64,000 bases of DNA, taken from contig JBIJDH010000007.1 of NCBI GenBank assembly GCA_044344255.1, positions 192,001-256,000 on the forward strand, in the 5' to 3' direction. Made by a program: the position numbers and the translations under genes. This document shows positions 1-10,091 of the stretch, one piece after another. Source of the DNA: Myxococcota bacterium. Its GTDB lineage: Bacteria; Myxococcota_A; UBA796; UBA2385. Under the pieces are notes generated by a model that searched no databases, was not told the DNA's origin, and saw nothing but the letters and a program-made list of their open reading frames with translations. The number at the start of each line of letters is the position of its first letter. Within the stretch, counting starts at the first letter, position 1.

Positions 1-1252
1 GGCTGGCCTCGAGGTGGTGGTGGTCGTTCATCACCAGGAGGAGGCCGTGCGGGCCTCCCTGGCCGGCACCGGCGCGCGCTTCGCCCGCCAGGAGGAGCCG
101 CGGGGCACGGGAGACGCGGTGCGGTCTGCCTTCTCGGCCCTCCCGAGCGCCGGTCTCGTGGTGGTGCTGGCCGGCGACGCGCCGCTCTTTCGCACCGAGA
201 CCCTGAGCGCGCTGGTCGCGGCCCACGGCGACAACCTCGCCACCGTGCTCACGGCGCGGCTCCCCGACGCCGGCTCGTACGGCCGCATCGTGCGCGACGC
301 CGCAGGGCGGGTGGTCCGCATCGTCGAGGCGCGGGAGGCGAGCCCGGAAGAGCGGGCCCTCCAGGAGTTCAACACCGGGGCCTACGCCTTTGACCTCGCC
401 TGGCTGCGCGAGGTGGTGCCGCGGCTGCCCTGCCACGCGGGCTCCGGGGAGATCTACCTCACCGACGTCGTCGAGCTGGCCGCGCAGGCGGGGCGGGCCG
501 GCGCCGTCGAGCACGGAGACGTCGTCGAGGTGATGGGCGTCAACGACCGCGAGGCGCTGTCTGTGGCGCGGGCGGTGCTCCAGGAGCGGGTGCTCCGCGG
601 TCACGCGCTCCGGGGGGTGACCTTCGAGTCTCCAGCCACCACCCTCGTCGAGATCGACGTCCAGATCGGTATGGACGTCACGGTCGGCCCCGGGGTGGTG
701 CTCCGAGGGGACACCCGCATCGCCAGCGGCGCGACCATCGGCGCGGGCTCGGTGCTCGAGGACGCCCACATCGGTGAGGACGTCGTGCTGCGGCCGTACA
801 CGCTGGTCGAGGCCTCGAGCGTGCACGCCCGGAGCACCGTCGGCCCCTTCGCTCGCCTCCGCCCGGAGACCGAGGTGGGGGAGGGCTGTCACGTCGGCAA
901 CTTCGTCGAGATCAAGAAGTCGCAGATCGAGGACGGCGCCAAGGTGCCCCACCTCTCGTATGTCGGCGACGCCCGCGTCGGTCGGCGGGCGAACGTGGGC
1001 GCGGGCACCATCACGTGCAATTACGACGGCTTCAAAAAGCACAAGACCGACATCGGGGAGGGCGCCTTCATCGGGTCGAACTCGTCCCTCGTGGCGCCCG
1101 TGTCCGTGGGGGCCGGCGCCATCGTGGGGGCGGGCTCGGTCATCACCCGGGACGTCCCCGCAGGCGCCGTCGCCGTGGCCCGCGGGGAGCAGCGGGTCTC
1201 CGAGGGGGCGGCCGAGCCCTTCCGCGCCCGCCGCAAGAAGGAGCGCGCGTGA
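1..1252 (+). CDS. glmU: Bifunctional UDP-GlcNAc pyrophosphorylase / glucosamine-1-phosphate N-acetyltransferase (5' end outside window)
   Basis: Motifs QEEPRGTGDAV, EIYLTD, GVNDR, hexapeptide repeats, GPFARLRP, GNFVEIK, HLSYVGD, NVGAGTITCNYDG. Confidence 0.96.
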   Translation, partial: AGLEVVVVVHHQEEAVRASLAGTGARFARQEEPRGTGDAVRSAFSALPSAGLVVVLAGDAPLFRTETLSALVAAHGDNLATVLTARLPDAGSYGRIVRDAAGRVVRIVEAREASPEERALQEFNTGAYAFDLAWLREVVPRLPCHAGSGEIYLTDVVELAAQAGRAGAVEHGDVVEVMGVNDREALSVARAVLQERVLRGHALRGVTFESPATTLVEIDVQIGMDVTVGPGVVLRGDTRIASGATIGAGSVLEDAHIGEDVVLRPYTLVEASSVHARSTVGPFARLRPETEVGEGCHVGNFVEIKKSQIEDGAKVPHLSYVGDARVGRRANVGAGTITCNYDGFKKHKTDIGEGAFIGSNSSLVAPVSVGAGAIVGAGSVITRDVPAGAVAVARGEQRVSEGAAEPFRARRKKERA

Positions 1253-3768
1253 ACCGCCCGCCCTTCGGTGCTCCTCCCCCGTTCGGTGGCCCCTCGGACG
1301 ACGGGCTGGACGACGCCTTTGGGTATGTCCAGGAGGATCGTCGGCCGCCGCCGCCCTTGAGCGCGCACCCGCTCACCCACGCGCTGAACCCCGAGCAGGC
1401 GCGGGCGGTCACCACCATCCATGGGCCGCTGCTGGTGCTCGCCGGCGCCGGCTCCGGCAAGACCCGCGTGCTCACGCACCGCATCGGGTGGATGCTCGAG
1501 CAAGGGGTGCGGCCCTGGAACATCCTCGCGGTCACCTTCACGAACAAGGCGGCGGGCGAGATGAAGGAGCGCGTGGCCCACCTCGTGGGCGTGGGCGCCC
1601 GGGACATCCTGGTCACGACCTTCCACTCCGCCTGCGTGCGCTTCCTCCGGCGCGACATCGAGGCCCTCGGCTACAACCGCGCCTTCACCATCCTCGACGC
1701 CGACGATCAGAAGAAGCTCATCAAGGACCTCTCGGTCGAGCTCAAGGTCGACGTCGAGAAGTGGTCGCCGGCCTCGATCCGCGGGCGGATCGACGGCTAC
1801 AAGAACAGCCTCGTCGGGCCCGACGAGGTGCCGAAGGCCGAGCTCCGCACCCCCGGCGATCCGCTGCTGATGGTGTGGAAGGCCTACGAGGCCCGCCTCC
1901 GCGCCCAGAGCGCGGTCGACTTCAACGACCTCATCAACCTCGTCGTCCGCCTGTGGACCGAGCGCCCCGACATCCTCGCGCGGTACCAAGAGCGGTACCA
2001 GTACGTGATGGTCGACGAGTACCAGGACACCAACCGCGCGCAGTACGAGCTGGTGCGCTTGCTCGTCGGCACGGTGACCGGTCGCAGCCGCAACCTGATG
2101 GTGGTCGGCGACGATGACCAGAGCATCTACGCCTTCCGTGGCGCTGACATCCGCAACATCCTTGACTTCGAGAAGGACTTTCCGGAGGCCGGGACCGTTC
2201 GGCTGGAGCAGAACTACCGATCGACGGGCACCATCCTCAAGGCCGCCCACTCGGTGGTGAAGAACAACCGCGGACGGATGGAGAAGGAGCTCTGGACGGA
2301 CCAGGGCCCCGGCGAGAAGCTCGGGATGATCGTGGCCGCCGACGACGCTGAGGAGGCCAGCCAGCTCGCCTCGTCCATGCGGCGGCTCGGCGGGGAGGGC
2401 TTCCGTTGGGGAGACATGGCGGTGATCTACCGGACCAACGCGACCTCGCGGGCGATCGAGCAGGTGCTCGTGCGCGAGCGGATCCCCCACGTGCTCGTCG
2501 GGGCCCGAAAGTTCTATGAGCGGCAGGAGGTGACGATCCTCATCGCCTACCTGCGCCTCGTCATCAATCCGACGGATGACATCGCCTTTGAGAAGGTGAT
2601 CAACGTACCGGCCCGGGGCCTCGGCCCGAAGGCCATCGAGGAGATGGCGCAGATCAAGGCCGACCAGGGGCTGTCGATGCTCGAGGCCGCTCGACGCTGG
2701 GGGGCTGGAAGCGGGCGAGGGCGGGCCTCTGCGGCGCGCTTCGTCGACGTCATCGATGGTCTTCGCAGCGCCTCCCTTCGCCTGAAGCCGGAGGAGCTCG
2801 TGCTCCGCGCCGCCGATGACTCCGGCTACCGAGCGGCCCTGCGCGCCGAGAACACCGAGGTCTCCCAGAGCCGCCTCGAGAACATCGAAGAGCTCGGGCG
2901 CGCCGTGGCTGGGGACGCCGAGGCCCCCGATCCGCTGCGGGAGGGCCCTGTCACCGCCATCGACCAGCTCGTGGACTTCCTCGATCGGGTCTCTCTCGCA
3001 GGCCAGTCCGACGAGCTGCCCGACAGCGAGGACGGCAAGGGCGCCGTCACCCTGCTGACCGCCCACCTCGCCAAGGGGCTGGAGTTTCCGGTCGTCTTCG
3101 TGGTGGGGCTCTACGAGGGCGGCTTCCCCCACTTCATGGCCCGGGACAAGGAGGAGGACATCGAGGAGGAGCGCCGGCTCGTCTACGTGGCCTTCACCCG
3201 CGCCAAGCAGCGCCTCACCGTGACCCGCGCGCGGCGGCGGATGATCCCGGGCAAGGGGTATGTGGACGTTGAGATCTCCCGCTTCCTCCGAGAGGTCCCC
3301 TCGAACCTCATCCAGTGGTCGGGGAGCGGCGGCTACACCGCCTCGACCGCGGAGGTGGATCGGGCCCAGCGGATGGCCCGGCTCGGGCTGGATCCGGACG
3401 CCACCTCCCGCGGCCGGCCTCCCGCGCGCCCTGCGACCTTCGCTCCGTCGTCGAGCTCGTCTTCGTCGGCCCCGCCGCGCCGCCCGCAGCCGGGCCTGCC
3501 CTTCCGTTCGCCGCTGCCCGCGCCCTCCGAGTCCGAGTCGCTCTCCCTCGTCGATGAAGCCTCGATGGGGGTCCACCGGACCCGCGTCCCCGAGGGGCCG
3601 GAGGATCTGCGGGTGGGTCAGCGGGTGCTGCATCCGCAGTTTGGCGTGGGCGAGATCCGGCGCACGGATGGCGCCCCCTCGAACTTGAAAGTGACAATTC
3701 ATTTCGACCGCGCCGGTCCGAAGACCCTGTTCGCGCGGCATGCTCATCTGGAGATACTGCTACCGTAG
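1249..3768 (+). CDS. pcrA: UvrD/PcrA-family SF1 DNA helicase
   Basis: LNPEQ, AGAGSGKT, VDEYQDTN, VGDDDQSIY, LEQNYRS, HLAKGLEF, EERRLVYVAFTRA and a C-terminal Tudor-like VLHPQFGVG. GTG start overlaps the glmU stop (GTGA). Confidence 0.92.
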   Translation: MNRPPFGAPPPFGGPSDDGLDDAFGYVQEDRRPPPPLSAHPLTHALNPEQARAVTTIHGPLLVLAGAGSGKTRVLTHRIGWMLEQGVRPWNILAVTFTNKAAGEMKERVAHLVGVGARDILVTTFHSACVRFLRRDIEALGYNRAFTILDADDQKKLIKDLSVELKVDVEKWSPASIRGRIDGYKNSLVGPDEVPKAELRTPGDPLLMVWKAYEARLRAQSAVDFNDLINLVVRLWTERPDILARYQERYQYVMVDEYQDTNRAQYELVRLLVGTVTGRSRNLMVVGDDDQSIYAFRGADIRNILDFEKDFPEAGTVRLEQNYRSTGTILKAAHSVVKNNRGRMEKELWTDQGPGEKLGMIVAADDAEEASQLASSMRRLGGEGFRWGDMAVIYRTNATSRAIEQVLVRERIPHVLVGARKFYERQEVTILIAYLRLVINPTDDIAFEKVINVPARGLGPKAIEEMAQIKADQGLSMLEAARRWGAGSGRGRASAARFVDVIDGLRSASLRLKPEELVLRAADDSGYRAALRAENTEVSQSRLENIEELGRAVAGDAEAPDPLREGPVTAIDQLVDFLDRVSLAGQSDELPDSEDGKGAVTLLTAHLAKGLEFPVVFVVGLYEGGFPHFMARDKEEDIEEERRLVYVAFTRAKQRLTVTRARRRMIPGKGYVDVEISRFLREVPSNLIQWSGSGGYTASTAEVDRAQRMARLGLDPDATSRGRPPARPATFAPSSSSSSSAPPRRPQPGLPFRSPLPAPSESESLSLVDEASMGVHRTRVPEGPEDLRVGQRVLHPQFGVGEIRRTDGAPSNLKVTIHFDRAGPKTLFARHAHLEILLP

Positions 3769-3811
3769 TCGGCTCTGTGATACCGTCCCCATCCCCGGAG
3801 TAGCCCCCCTC

Positions 3812-5602
3812 ATGGATGGAAGCCTCTCGCGCCCAGGTCAGCCGCCGCCCGGTACCCCCGAGGCCGCCGCAGACCGGTCGTCCATCGTCGCCTGCCAGCA
3901 GTGTGGCGCCCGCTACAAGCTGGATGAAGGGCGGATCTCGGGCCGCGGCGCCAAGATCACGTGTCCGAAGTGCCGAAACGTCTTCGTCGTCCGGCGGGAC
4001 GCCAGCGGCAAGCTCTCGACCGGCGCGGCTGCGGTCGAGGCCGAGGTCTCCGCCGCGCCGGTCGCCGGCGCCGCGCTGAGCGGCCCCTCTGCGTGGGAGG
4101 TCCTGCCCCCCACCGATCCGGGCTTCGGCCCGGCGGCGCTCGCCGCCCTCAGCGGCGCCAGAGGGGCACCGGCCGTCGCCGCTGCGCCTTTGGCGCCGAT
4201 CGACGTGAACACGCTCGACTTCCGGCGGGTGGGCATCCAGTCCTGGAAGGTGAAGGTCAAGATCGGGCTGGTGTACGACTTCAGCGACTTCAAGACGCTC
4301 TCGAAGTACATCCACGAGGGGCGGATCACCCCCGCCGATCGGATCAGCCACAAGGCGGGGGATTGGACGCTCATCAGCGACATCGCCAGCCTGGAGCAGC
4401 ACTTCATTGACGTGTACCGCGGCGCGGAGGCCGCGCTCCTCGCGTCCCAGGCTCCTGCCGCGGAGTCCAAGGGTGAAGGAGGGGGGGCGGAAGACTACGA
4501 GTCCGACGAGCCCACCAACATCGTCGGCATGGAGGGCATGCAGAAGCCCGGCGTGGAGATCACGAACGAGGTTCCCAAGGCCTCGAGCCGGTCCTCGCAC
4601 CCGCCGGCCCCGGCCCCTGCCTTTGCTCCGGCCCGCCCCGCGGCCTCTCCGGAGTCCGCCTCGGCCATCGCGGCGATGTCCACCGGCAACCCAGCCGCCG
4701 ATACCCGGCAGTTTCATGATCCCTTCGACAAGAAGGGGGCCCCCCGTGGGGCCAAGAAGGGCGGCGGTCGCAGCGCGACCACCACCCGCCCCGAGGCGAC
4801 GGCTCCACCCCGCGCTTCGGCGGAGGCCAAGGCGATCTCGAAGGAGGCTGCCAAGAGTTCGGGTGCCGGTGGCATCGGCGTCGTCGGTGTCTCGGCGGTG
4901 CTCGTATTCCTGGCCTGTGGCGCAGCCGCGGTCTGGTACTTCTACCTGCGCGAGCCTGCGCCGTCGGCTGTCGGGGCGCCGATCGCCGCCGCCGGCCCTG
5001 CCTCCGCGGCGGGCCCCACTGCCGAGGCTGGCACCACTGGCGCGCCCTCGGATCGCGGGGAGGTGATCGGCCAGATCACCGAGAACACCAAGCCCGTGGA
5101 GGCGGAGAAGGACGACTGGGGGATCGAGGAGGACCCCGTCCTCATCCCCGTCGGGCCGCGCGGCGGCACCCCGTCTCGGGCCAGCACCTCGCCGCCGAGT
5201 CAGGCCGGCGGCGCACGGTCGGCGCCCCCCGCTGCGGCGGGCGCAGGCACCTCGAGCGCGGCGGATCACGCCGCGGTGGGCGACGACGCGGCGCGGAACC
5301 GGGACTGGGCCAACGCAGCCCAGGCTTATGCCAACGCGGTCCAGGCTGATCCGCGAAACGCCACCTACGCGACGAAGTACGGTGAGGCGCTGTACCGCTC
5401 AGGCGACCTCGCCGGCGCCACCCAGGCGCTGACGAAGGCGACCCAGCTCGGCTCCAAGAAGGCCTGGCGGTTCCTCGGTGACATCGCCCGCGATCAAGGG
5501 GACGCCGCCGGCGCGATCAGCGCCTACCAGAAGTACCTCCAGTCGGGACCTTCGGACGCCGCCCAGGTGCAGGCCGAGATCGACAAGCTACAGAAAGGCT
5601 GA
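3812..5602 (+). CDS. Zinc-ribbon (MJ0042-type) + GYF_2-like + TM + TPR protein
   Basis: CQQC..CPKC ribbon, WKVKVKIGLVYDF...W domain, Pro/Ala linker, one TM (AVLVFLACGAAAVWYFYL), C-terminal TPRs. Start chosen at ATG 3812. Confidence 0.8.
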   Translation: MDGSLSRPGQPPPGTPEAAADRSSIVACQQCGARYKLDEGRISGRGAKITCPKCRNVFVVRRDASGKLSTGAAAVEAEVSAAPVAGAALSGPSAWEVLPPTDPGFGPAALAALSGARGAPAVAAAPLAPIDVNTLDFRRVGIQSWKVKVKIGLVYDFSDFKTLSKYIHEGRITPADRISHKAGDWTLISDIASLEQHFIDVYRGAEAALLASQAPAAESKGEGGGAEDYESDEPTNIVGMEGMQKPGVEITNEVPKASSRSSHPPAPAPAFAPARPAASPESASAIAAMSTGNPAADTRQFHDPFDKKGAPRGAKKGGGRSATTTRPEATAPPRASAEAKAISKEAAKSSGAGGIGVVGVSAVLVFLACGAAAVWYFYLREPAPSAVGAPIAAAGPASAAGPTAEAGTTGAPSDRGEVIGQITENTKPVEAEKDDWGIEEDPVLIPVGPRGGTPSRASTSPPSQAGGARSAPPAAAGAGTSSAADHAAVGDDAARNRDWANAAQAYANAVQADPRNATYATKYGEALYRSGDLAGATQALTKATQLGSKKAWRFLGDIARDQGDAAGAISAYQKYLQSGPSDAAQVQAEIDKLQKG

Positions 5603-5608
5603 GCGATA

Positions 5609-7267
5609 GTGCACATTGTCTGCGACAACTGTGGGGCCGAGTACGAGTACGATCTGCCCGAGACCCCCTCCGGCTCGACGGGTCGGAACCTCCGGTTCCG
5701 CTGCAGCGCCTGTGGGCACCGCTTCCTGGCGGTGAAGAGCGTCGACCTCCACACCGAAGAGACCTCCCGAATCCCGACGGTGCCGCTCGGATCGGTCGAC
5801 GAGGTGCCGCCCTCGCTGGTCCAGCCGAGCGGCGGTCCGGCCAACCTCCCGTCGGGGGCGATGCTGCTCAAGCAAGACGGGGTGGTCTACCCGCTCGCCG
5901 ACCTCGCGACCCTGCAGCGGTGGGTGGTCGAACGACGGGTCTTTCGAGAGGACCTCGTCTCTTCGGGGGACGGACAGTGGGAGATCGTCGGCCTCCGCGG
6001 CGACCTGGAGACCTTCTTCCGCCTCGTCGAGCGCGCCGGCTGGACCCAGGGGGAGCCCCCGGCTCGGCCGGCCTCCTCCGATTGGCCCCTTCGTCCGCCG
6101 CTGGACCTCCCGGCGCGAGGGTCCGGTGAGGAAGAGGAGGAGGCGACGGAGTCGATGGGCGCGGCGGCGCCGGGCTACGTCGCGCCGCTCCGCTCGCCCG
6201 CCGCGTCCTCCGCGTCCTCCGCGTCCTTCTTCGGCGACGCGCCGGGGTCCGGCGTGGACGAGCTGCCGATGGACGATCCCACCGCCGATGCGCCCACCAC
6301 GTGGGCGCCTCCGCTCCTCAAGTCGGCGCCGACGCTCGTCCCGGAGCTCGACGCCACGGAGGCGCCGGCGGTGCCCCGGCTGGACCCGCGTCGCCCGGCG
6401 CTCTCGTCGGGGCCGGCCCTGTCCTCGCGGCCGGCCTTGTCCTCCGCGCCGGCCCTGTCCTCGCCGCCGGCCTTGTCTTCCGCGCCGGCCCTGTCCCCCC
6501 GGCCGACCCGACCCCCACGAGCAGACCCCGGGAACCTGAGCCCCGCGCGGTTCGAGGATGAGGGTGAGCCCGATCCCTTCGAGGTGGAGCGGAAGCCCTC
6601 CTCGGCGATCCACTTCGTCCTGATCGCCGCGCTCTGCGTGTTCGGTATCGGCGCGCTCTACCTCTGGAACCAGTCCCGCGCCCCGGCGGGCCGGCCCAGC
6701 GCGGCGCCTGCGACCGCCGTCGTCCCGGCCGCCTCGCCCGCGAGCTCGGGGACCGCCGCCCCGCCGGCGTCCACCCCGACGGGGACTGCTCCCCCTCCGC
6801 CCTCCGCGGCTCCCGCGCCGTCGGAGGCCGCAGCGGCTCCCCCGGCTCCCCCGGCTCCCCCGGCTCCCCCGGCTCCCCCGGCGGCCCCGGCGGCCCCGGC
6901 GGCCCCCCCCGCGGTCGCGGCCAGCCAGACCACGGCCAGCCAGACCACGGCCCGCAAGAGCACCGGCGCCGCCTCCGCCGATCGGCCGAAGGGGAAGGTT
7001 GGCGCCGCCTCGCTGATCAAGAAGGGTTGGGCCGCGATCGAGGCCGGCGATCTCGAGACCGCCGAGCGCACCTTCGCTCAAGCGACCGACGCCAACCCCC
7101 GCAGCGGGCCCGCGCTGTACGGCCTTGGTTATGTGAGCGAGAAGCGTGGGGACCGCTCCACCGCCGCCGTACACTATTGTGAAGCCCGTGCCTACGGCGC
7201 CAATGACCCGGCGCTCCTCCGAGAGGTGGACGCTCGCCTCGCGGCGATCAGCCGGACCTGCAATTGA
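5609..7267 (+). CDS. Second zinc-ribbon + GYF_2-like + TM + TPR protein
   Basis: CDNC..CSAC ribbon, VVYPLADLATLQRWVVERRV...W domain, Pro-rich repeats, TM (FVLIAALCVFGIGALYLW), TPR tail. Confidence 0.78.
   Translation: MHIVCDNCGAEYEYDLPETPSGSTGRNLRFRCSACGHRFLAVKSVDLHTEETSRIPTVPLGSVDEVPPSLVQPSGGPANLPSGAMLLKQDGVVYPLADLATLQRWVVERRVFREDLVSSGDGQWEIVGLRGDLETFFRLVERAGWTQGEPPARPASSDWPLRPPLDLPARGSGEEEEEATESMGAAAPGYVAPLRSPAASSASSASFFGDAPGSGVDELPMDDPTADAPTTWAPPLLKSAPTLVPELDATEAPAVPRLDPRRPALSSGPALSSRPALSSAPALSSPPALSSAPALSPRPTRPPRADPGNLSPARFEDEGEPDPFEVERKPSSAIHFVLIAALCVFGIGALYLWNQSRAPAGRPSAAPATAVVPAASPASSGTAAPPASTPTGTAPPPPSAAPAPSEAAAAPPAPPAPPAPPAPPAAPAAPAAPPAVAASQTTASQTTARKSTGAASADRPKGKVGAASLIKKGWAAIEAGDLETAERTFAQATDANPRSGPALYGLGYVSEKRGDRSTAAVHYCEARAYGANDPALLREVDARLAAISRTCN
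6395..6502 (+). repeat. In-frame 18-bp tandem repeat x6 encoding PALS(S/P)x
   Basis: ccggc(g/c)(c/t)t(c/g)tc.... units. A 9-bp PPA/APA repeat follows at ~6834-6909. Confidence 0.85.
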
Positions 7268-7294
7268 GGGCGCCCACGGGCCAGGAGTTTGAGG

Positions 7295-7681
7295 ATGAGT
7301 CGAAGGCACATTCGGGTGGTCGCCGCCGAGATTGAGCGCGGGGGGCGGTTCCTCATCACCCAACGTCGGCCCGAAGCGACGATGCCCCTCTTGTGGGAGT
7401 TCCCCGGCGGCCGTGTCGAGCCCGGGGAGTCCGACGCCGCGGCCCTCCAGCGGGAGCTCCGAGAGGAGATGGGCATCACCGTCGAGGTCGGCTCGCTCGC
7501 GATGCAGGTGTCTCACGACTACCCGGCCTACAAGGTGGATCTCGTGGTCTATCGCGCCACGACCGACGACGAGCCGGCGGCGCTGCGGGTGCACGCCTTC
7601 CGCTGGGTCGCCCCCGAAGAGTTTGATCAGTACGAGTTCCCGAGCGCAGACCAGCAGACGGTCGATCTCCTCTTGCGCTGA
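7295..7681 (+). CDS. MutT/NudG-like NUDIX hydrolase
   Basis: Nudix box WEFPGGRVEPGESDAAALQRELREEMG; FPSAD near the C-terminus. Confidence 0.9.
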   Translation: MSRRHIRVVAAEIERGGRFLITQRRPEATMPLLWEFPGGRVEPGESDAAALQRELREEMGITVEVGSLAMQVSHDYPAYKVDLVVYRATTDDEPAALRVHAFRWVAPEEFDQYEFPSADQQTVDLLLR

Positions 7682-7716
7682 TCGGCCGTGGGGCTGCGGG
7701 GGCCGCCGCGCGACGC

Positions 7717-9111
7717 TCAGAAGGCCTCCCCGAGGCCGGCGCTGATCCCGAGCCCTCCGTCTCCCCAGGCGAGGTCAAGGCGGGTGGTGGCGTGGGGCCG
7801 GGGCGGCAGGTTGAGTCGCAGGCCGGCGCCGAGCCCGCCGTGCAGCCCGTCGATCCGTGCCCCTTCGATGAAGGCCACCCCCTCGACGAGGTGACGGGAG
7901 GGGCTGCGCAGCTCGAGCACGAGGCTCTGGGCGTCGGTGTCGCGCCAAGCCGACCAAGCCCCGCTGCGGAGGAGCGGCCCGCCCCCGGCGGCGGGGAGGC
8001 GGGCGACCGGCGCGGCGCGGGCGACCGGCGCCCACTCGGCGGTGGCGCGCATGTGCAGGCTGAGGGGATCGCCGGGCAGCGCGCTCCGGAGGTCCAGGCC
8101 GCCGCGGAGGAAGGGGTAGGACCAGGCTGAGCCCTCGAGCTCGGCGCCGAGCCGGGTCTGGCGTGCCACGGCGGCGCCGTCGCGGGGGTGGAGGGCGCCG
8201 CGGAGCACGGGCCCGAGGCCGAGGCCCTCCCCGCCGTCGAGGTGGGCCAGCGCCCCCACAGAGGCCTCCCACGGCCCCGCGGTCCGCTGTCGGCGCAGCG
8301 CGGCGGCGCCGAGCCAGGCGGGGCTCCGGGAGGCGCCGAGCGGGAGGCGGGAGGCCGAGAGCGCGCCGGCCCACGCGCGGTCACCGGCACCTTGTAGGGA
8401 GAGGTCCGCGCTGCCGAACAGAGCGCTCGTGAGCGTGAGGCCTGCGGACAGCGAGCCGCCGCGCAAGCGGGTGTCGGGGTGCTGGAGGCGGAGGCCCCCG
8501 CCCGCCCCGAGGCCCGTCGCGCCGACCGGGGAGAGCCCCAAGACCCAGGTGCCCGGCCCTGCGGGCCAGCCGCCGCCCTCGAGGAGGACCCGCCCGAGGC
8601 CGTCGAGATCGGCGCGGCCGACGAGGCGCTCGGCGGGGGCGCGACCGAGGAGGACGAGCCGGGCGACCGCCGGACCGGGGAGGCGCCCCTCGGCGCGGGC
8701 GGCGGCGGCGGCGGCGGCGTGCAGGTCGGAGGGGAGGCCGATGAGCGAGGGGAAGATCCCATAGTCGGCGAGGGCCAGCTCACACCAGGGATCTGCGGTG
8801 GGGCAGGCGGAGAGCGCGCGGTCGGCGCGCGGGCCGTGCACAGCGAGGCCGAGGTTCCCCGAGACGAGGAGCAAGCGGAGCTCGGCCATGGCGATCACCG
8901 CGGCGTCGTCACTCTCCGCGGCGGTGGTCCAGGCCGCCCGCGCGGCGGGTCGGTCGGCCCTCCCCCAGGCGAGGTCACCGGCGTCGAGCGCGGCGTGGTC
9001 GGCCTCTCCGGCGATGGCGTGGCCGACGAGCGTGAGGCCGAGGAGCGGGATGCCGAGGAGCGCCGCGCCGGCGGCTCGAAGGGCGGGGGGGAGGGGCCGC
9101 GCGGCCGGCAC
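7717..9111 (-). CDS. Hypothetical exported protein, probable outer-membrane beta-barrel C-terminus
   Basis: Signal-peptide-like N-terminus. C-terminal alternating strands (GLGAGLRL..RLDLAWG..GLGEAF) end in Phe. Confidence 0.5.
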   Translation of the reverse strand: MPAARPLPPALRAAGAALLGIPLLGLTLVGHAIAGEADHAALDAGDLAWGRADRPAARAAWTTAAESDDAAVIAMAELRLLLVSGNLGLAVHGPRADRALSACPTADPWCELALADYGIFPSLIGLPSDLHAAAAAAARAEGRLPGPAVARLVLLGRAPAERLVGRADLDGLGRVLLEGGGWPAGPGTWVLGLSPVGATGLGAGGGLRLQHPDTRLRGGSLSAGLTLTSALFGSADLSLQGAGDRAWAGALSASRLPLGASRSPAWLGAAALRRQRTAGPWEASVGALAHLDGGEGLGLGPVLRGALHPRDGAAVARQTRLGAELEGSAWSYPFLRGGLDLRSALPGDPLSLHMRATAEWAPVARAAPVARLPAAGGGPLLRSGAWSAWRDTDAQSLVLELRSPSRHLVEGVAFIEGARIDGLHGGLGAGLRLNLPPRPHATTRLDLAWGDGGLGISAGLGEAF

Positions 9112-9114
9112 CGC

Positions 9115-9969
9115 TCAGCAGAGCCGGCGGGCGCTGTCGATGGGGATCTGCCGCCTCACGTCCAGGGCGCGGGAGAGGTCGATCTCGGCGAGGGCCATGC
9201 CGGGGGCGTCGCCGCACTCGGCGACCACCGTGCCCCAGGGGTCAATGATCAAGCTGTGGCCGTACGATCGACGCAGCCCCTGGTCGTCGTGGGCCCCCCA
9301 CTGAGCCGGGGCGAGCAGCCAGCTCTGGTTCTCGATCGCCCGGGCGCGGAGCAGGGGGTGCCAGTGGTCCTTGCCGGTCATCAGGGTGAAGGCGGAGGGC
9401 ACACAGAGGATGTCGGCGCCGTGGTCGTGCAGGCGGCGGTACAGCTCGGGGAAGCGCATGTCGAAGCAGATCGACAGCCCCAGCCGACCGACCGGGGTGT
9501 CGGCCACCACGACGGCGTCTCCGGGGGCGGTGCGCTCCGACTCCCGGAAGCGGACGCCCCCGGCGGCGGCGAGGTCGACGTCGAAGAGGTGGAGCTTGCG
9601 GTAAGCGGCGAGCAAGGCGCCGTCGGGGCCGTAGACGAGCGAGCTGTTGTAGCAGCGGGTGGCGGAGCCCTGCGCGCCGGAGGCGTCCCCGGGCTCGCAG
9701 CGCTCCCCGACGCTGCCGATCAGCAGGGTCACGCCCAGCTCCCGGGCGAGCGCGGCGAAGCGCTGGTGGGTGGGGCCGTCCGTGGGCTCGGCGAGGGCGA
9801 CCTTTCGGTCGTGGGGGCCGAGGTAGGAGGTGGCCTCGGGGGTGGCGATGAGGCGGGCGCCGGCGGCGGCGGCGCGGCGGATCCAGGCCTCGGCCTGCTG
9901 CAGGTTCCGCTCGACGTCGGAGCTGCCGTTGAGCTGGACCACGGCGGCCAGGAAGGGGGCGACGGTCAT
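9115..9969 (-). CDS. Carbon-nitrogen hydrolase (Nit1/deaminated glutathione amidase-like)
   Basis: Catalytic triad motifs TPE, YRKLHLFD, ICFDMRFPE; also RARAIENQ and YGHS. Confidence 0.9.
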   Translation of the reverse strand: MTVAPFLAAVVQLNGSSDVERNLQQAEAWIRRAAAAGARLIATPEATSYLGPHDRKVALAEPTDGPTHQRFAALARELGVTLLIGSVGERCEPGDASGAQGSATRCYNSSLVYGPDGALLAAYRKLHLFDVDLAAAGGVRFRESERTAPGDAVVVADTPVGRLGLSICFDMRFPELYRRLHDHGADILCVPSAFTLMTGKDHWHPLLRARAIENQSWLLAPAQWGAHDDQGLRRSYGHSLIIDPWGTVVAECGDAPGMALAEIDLSRALDVRRQIPIDSARRLC

Positions 9970-10091
9970 CGGGCGGGCTCCCCTTGGGGGTCGTGGGGCG
10001 AAGGGTCAAGCAGCGGTGGGTCGGGGAGGAGCCTGTTATCCTGGCCACTGGACGAGCCGCACTCGGCCGCCACGCTGTCTCGGGAGACGCC

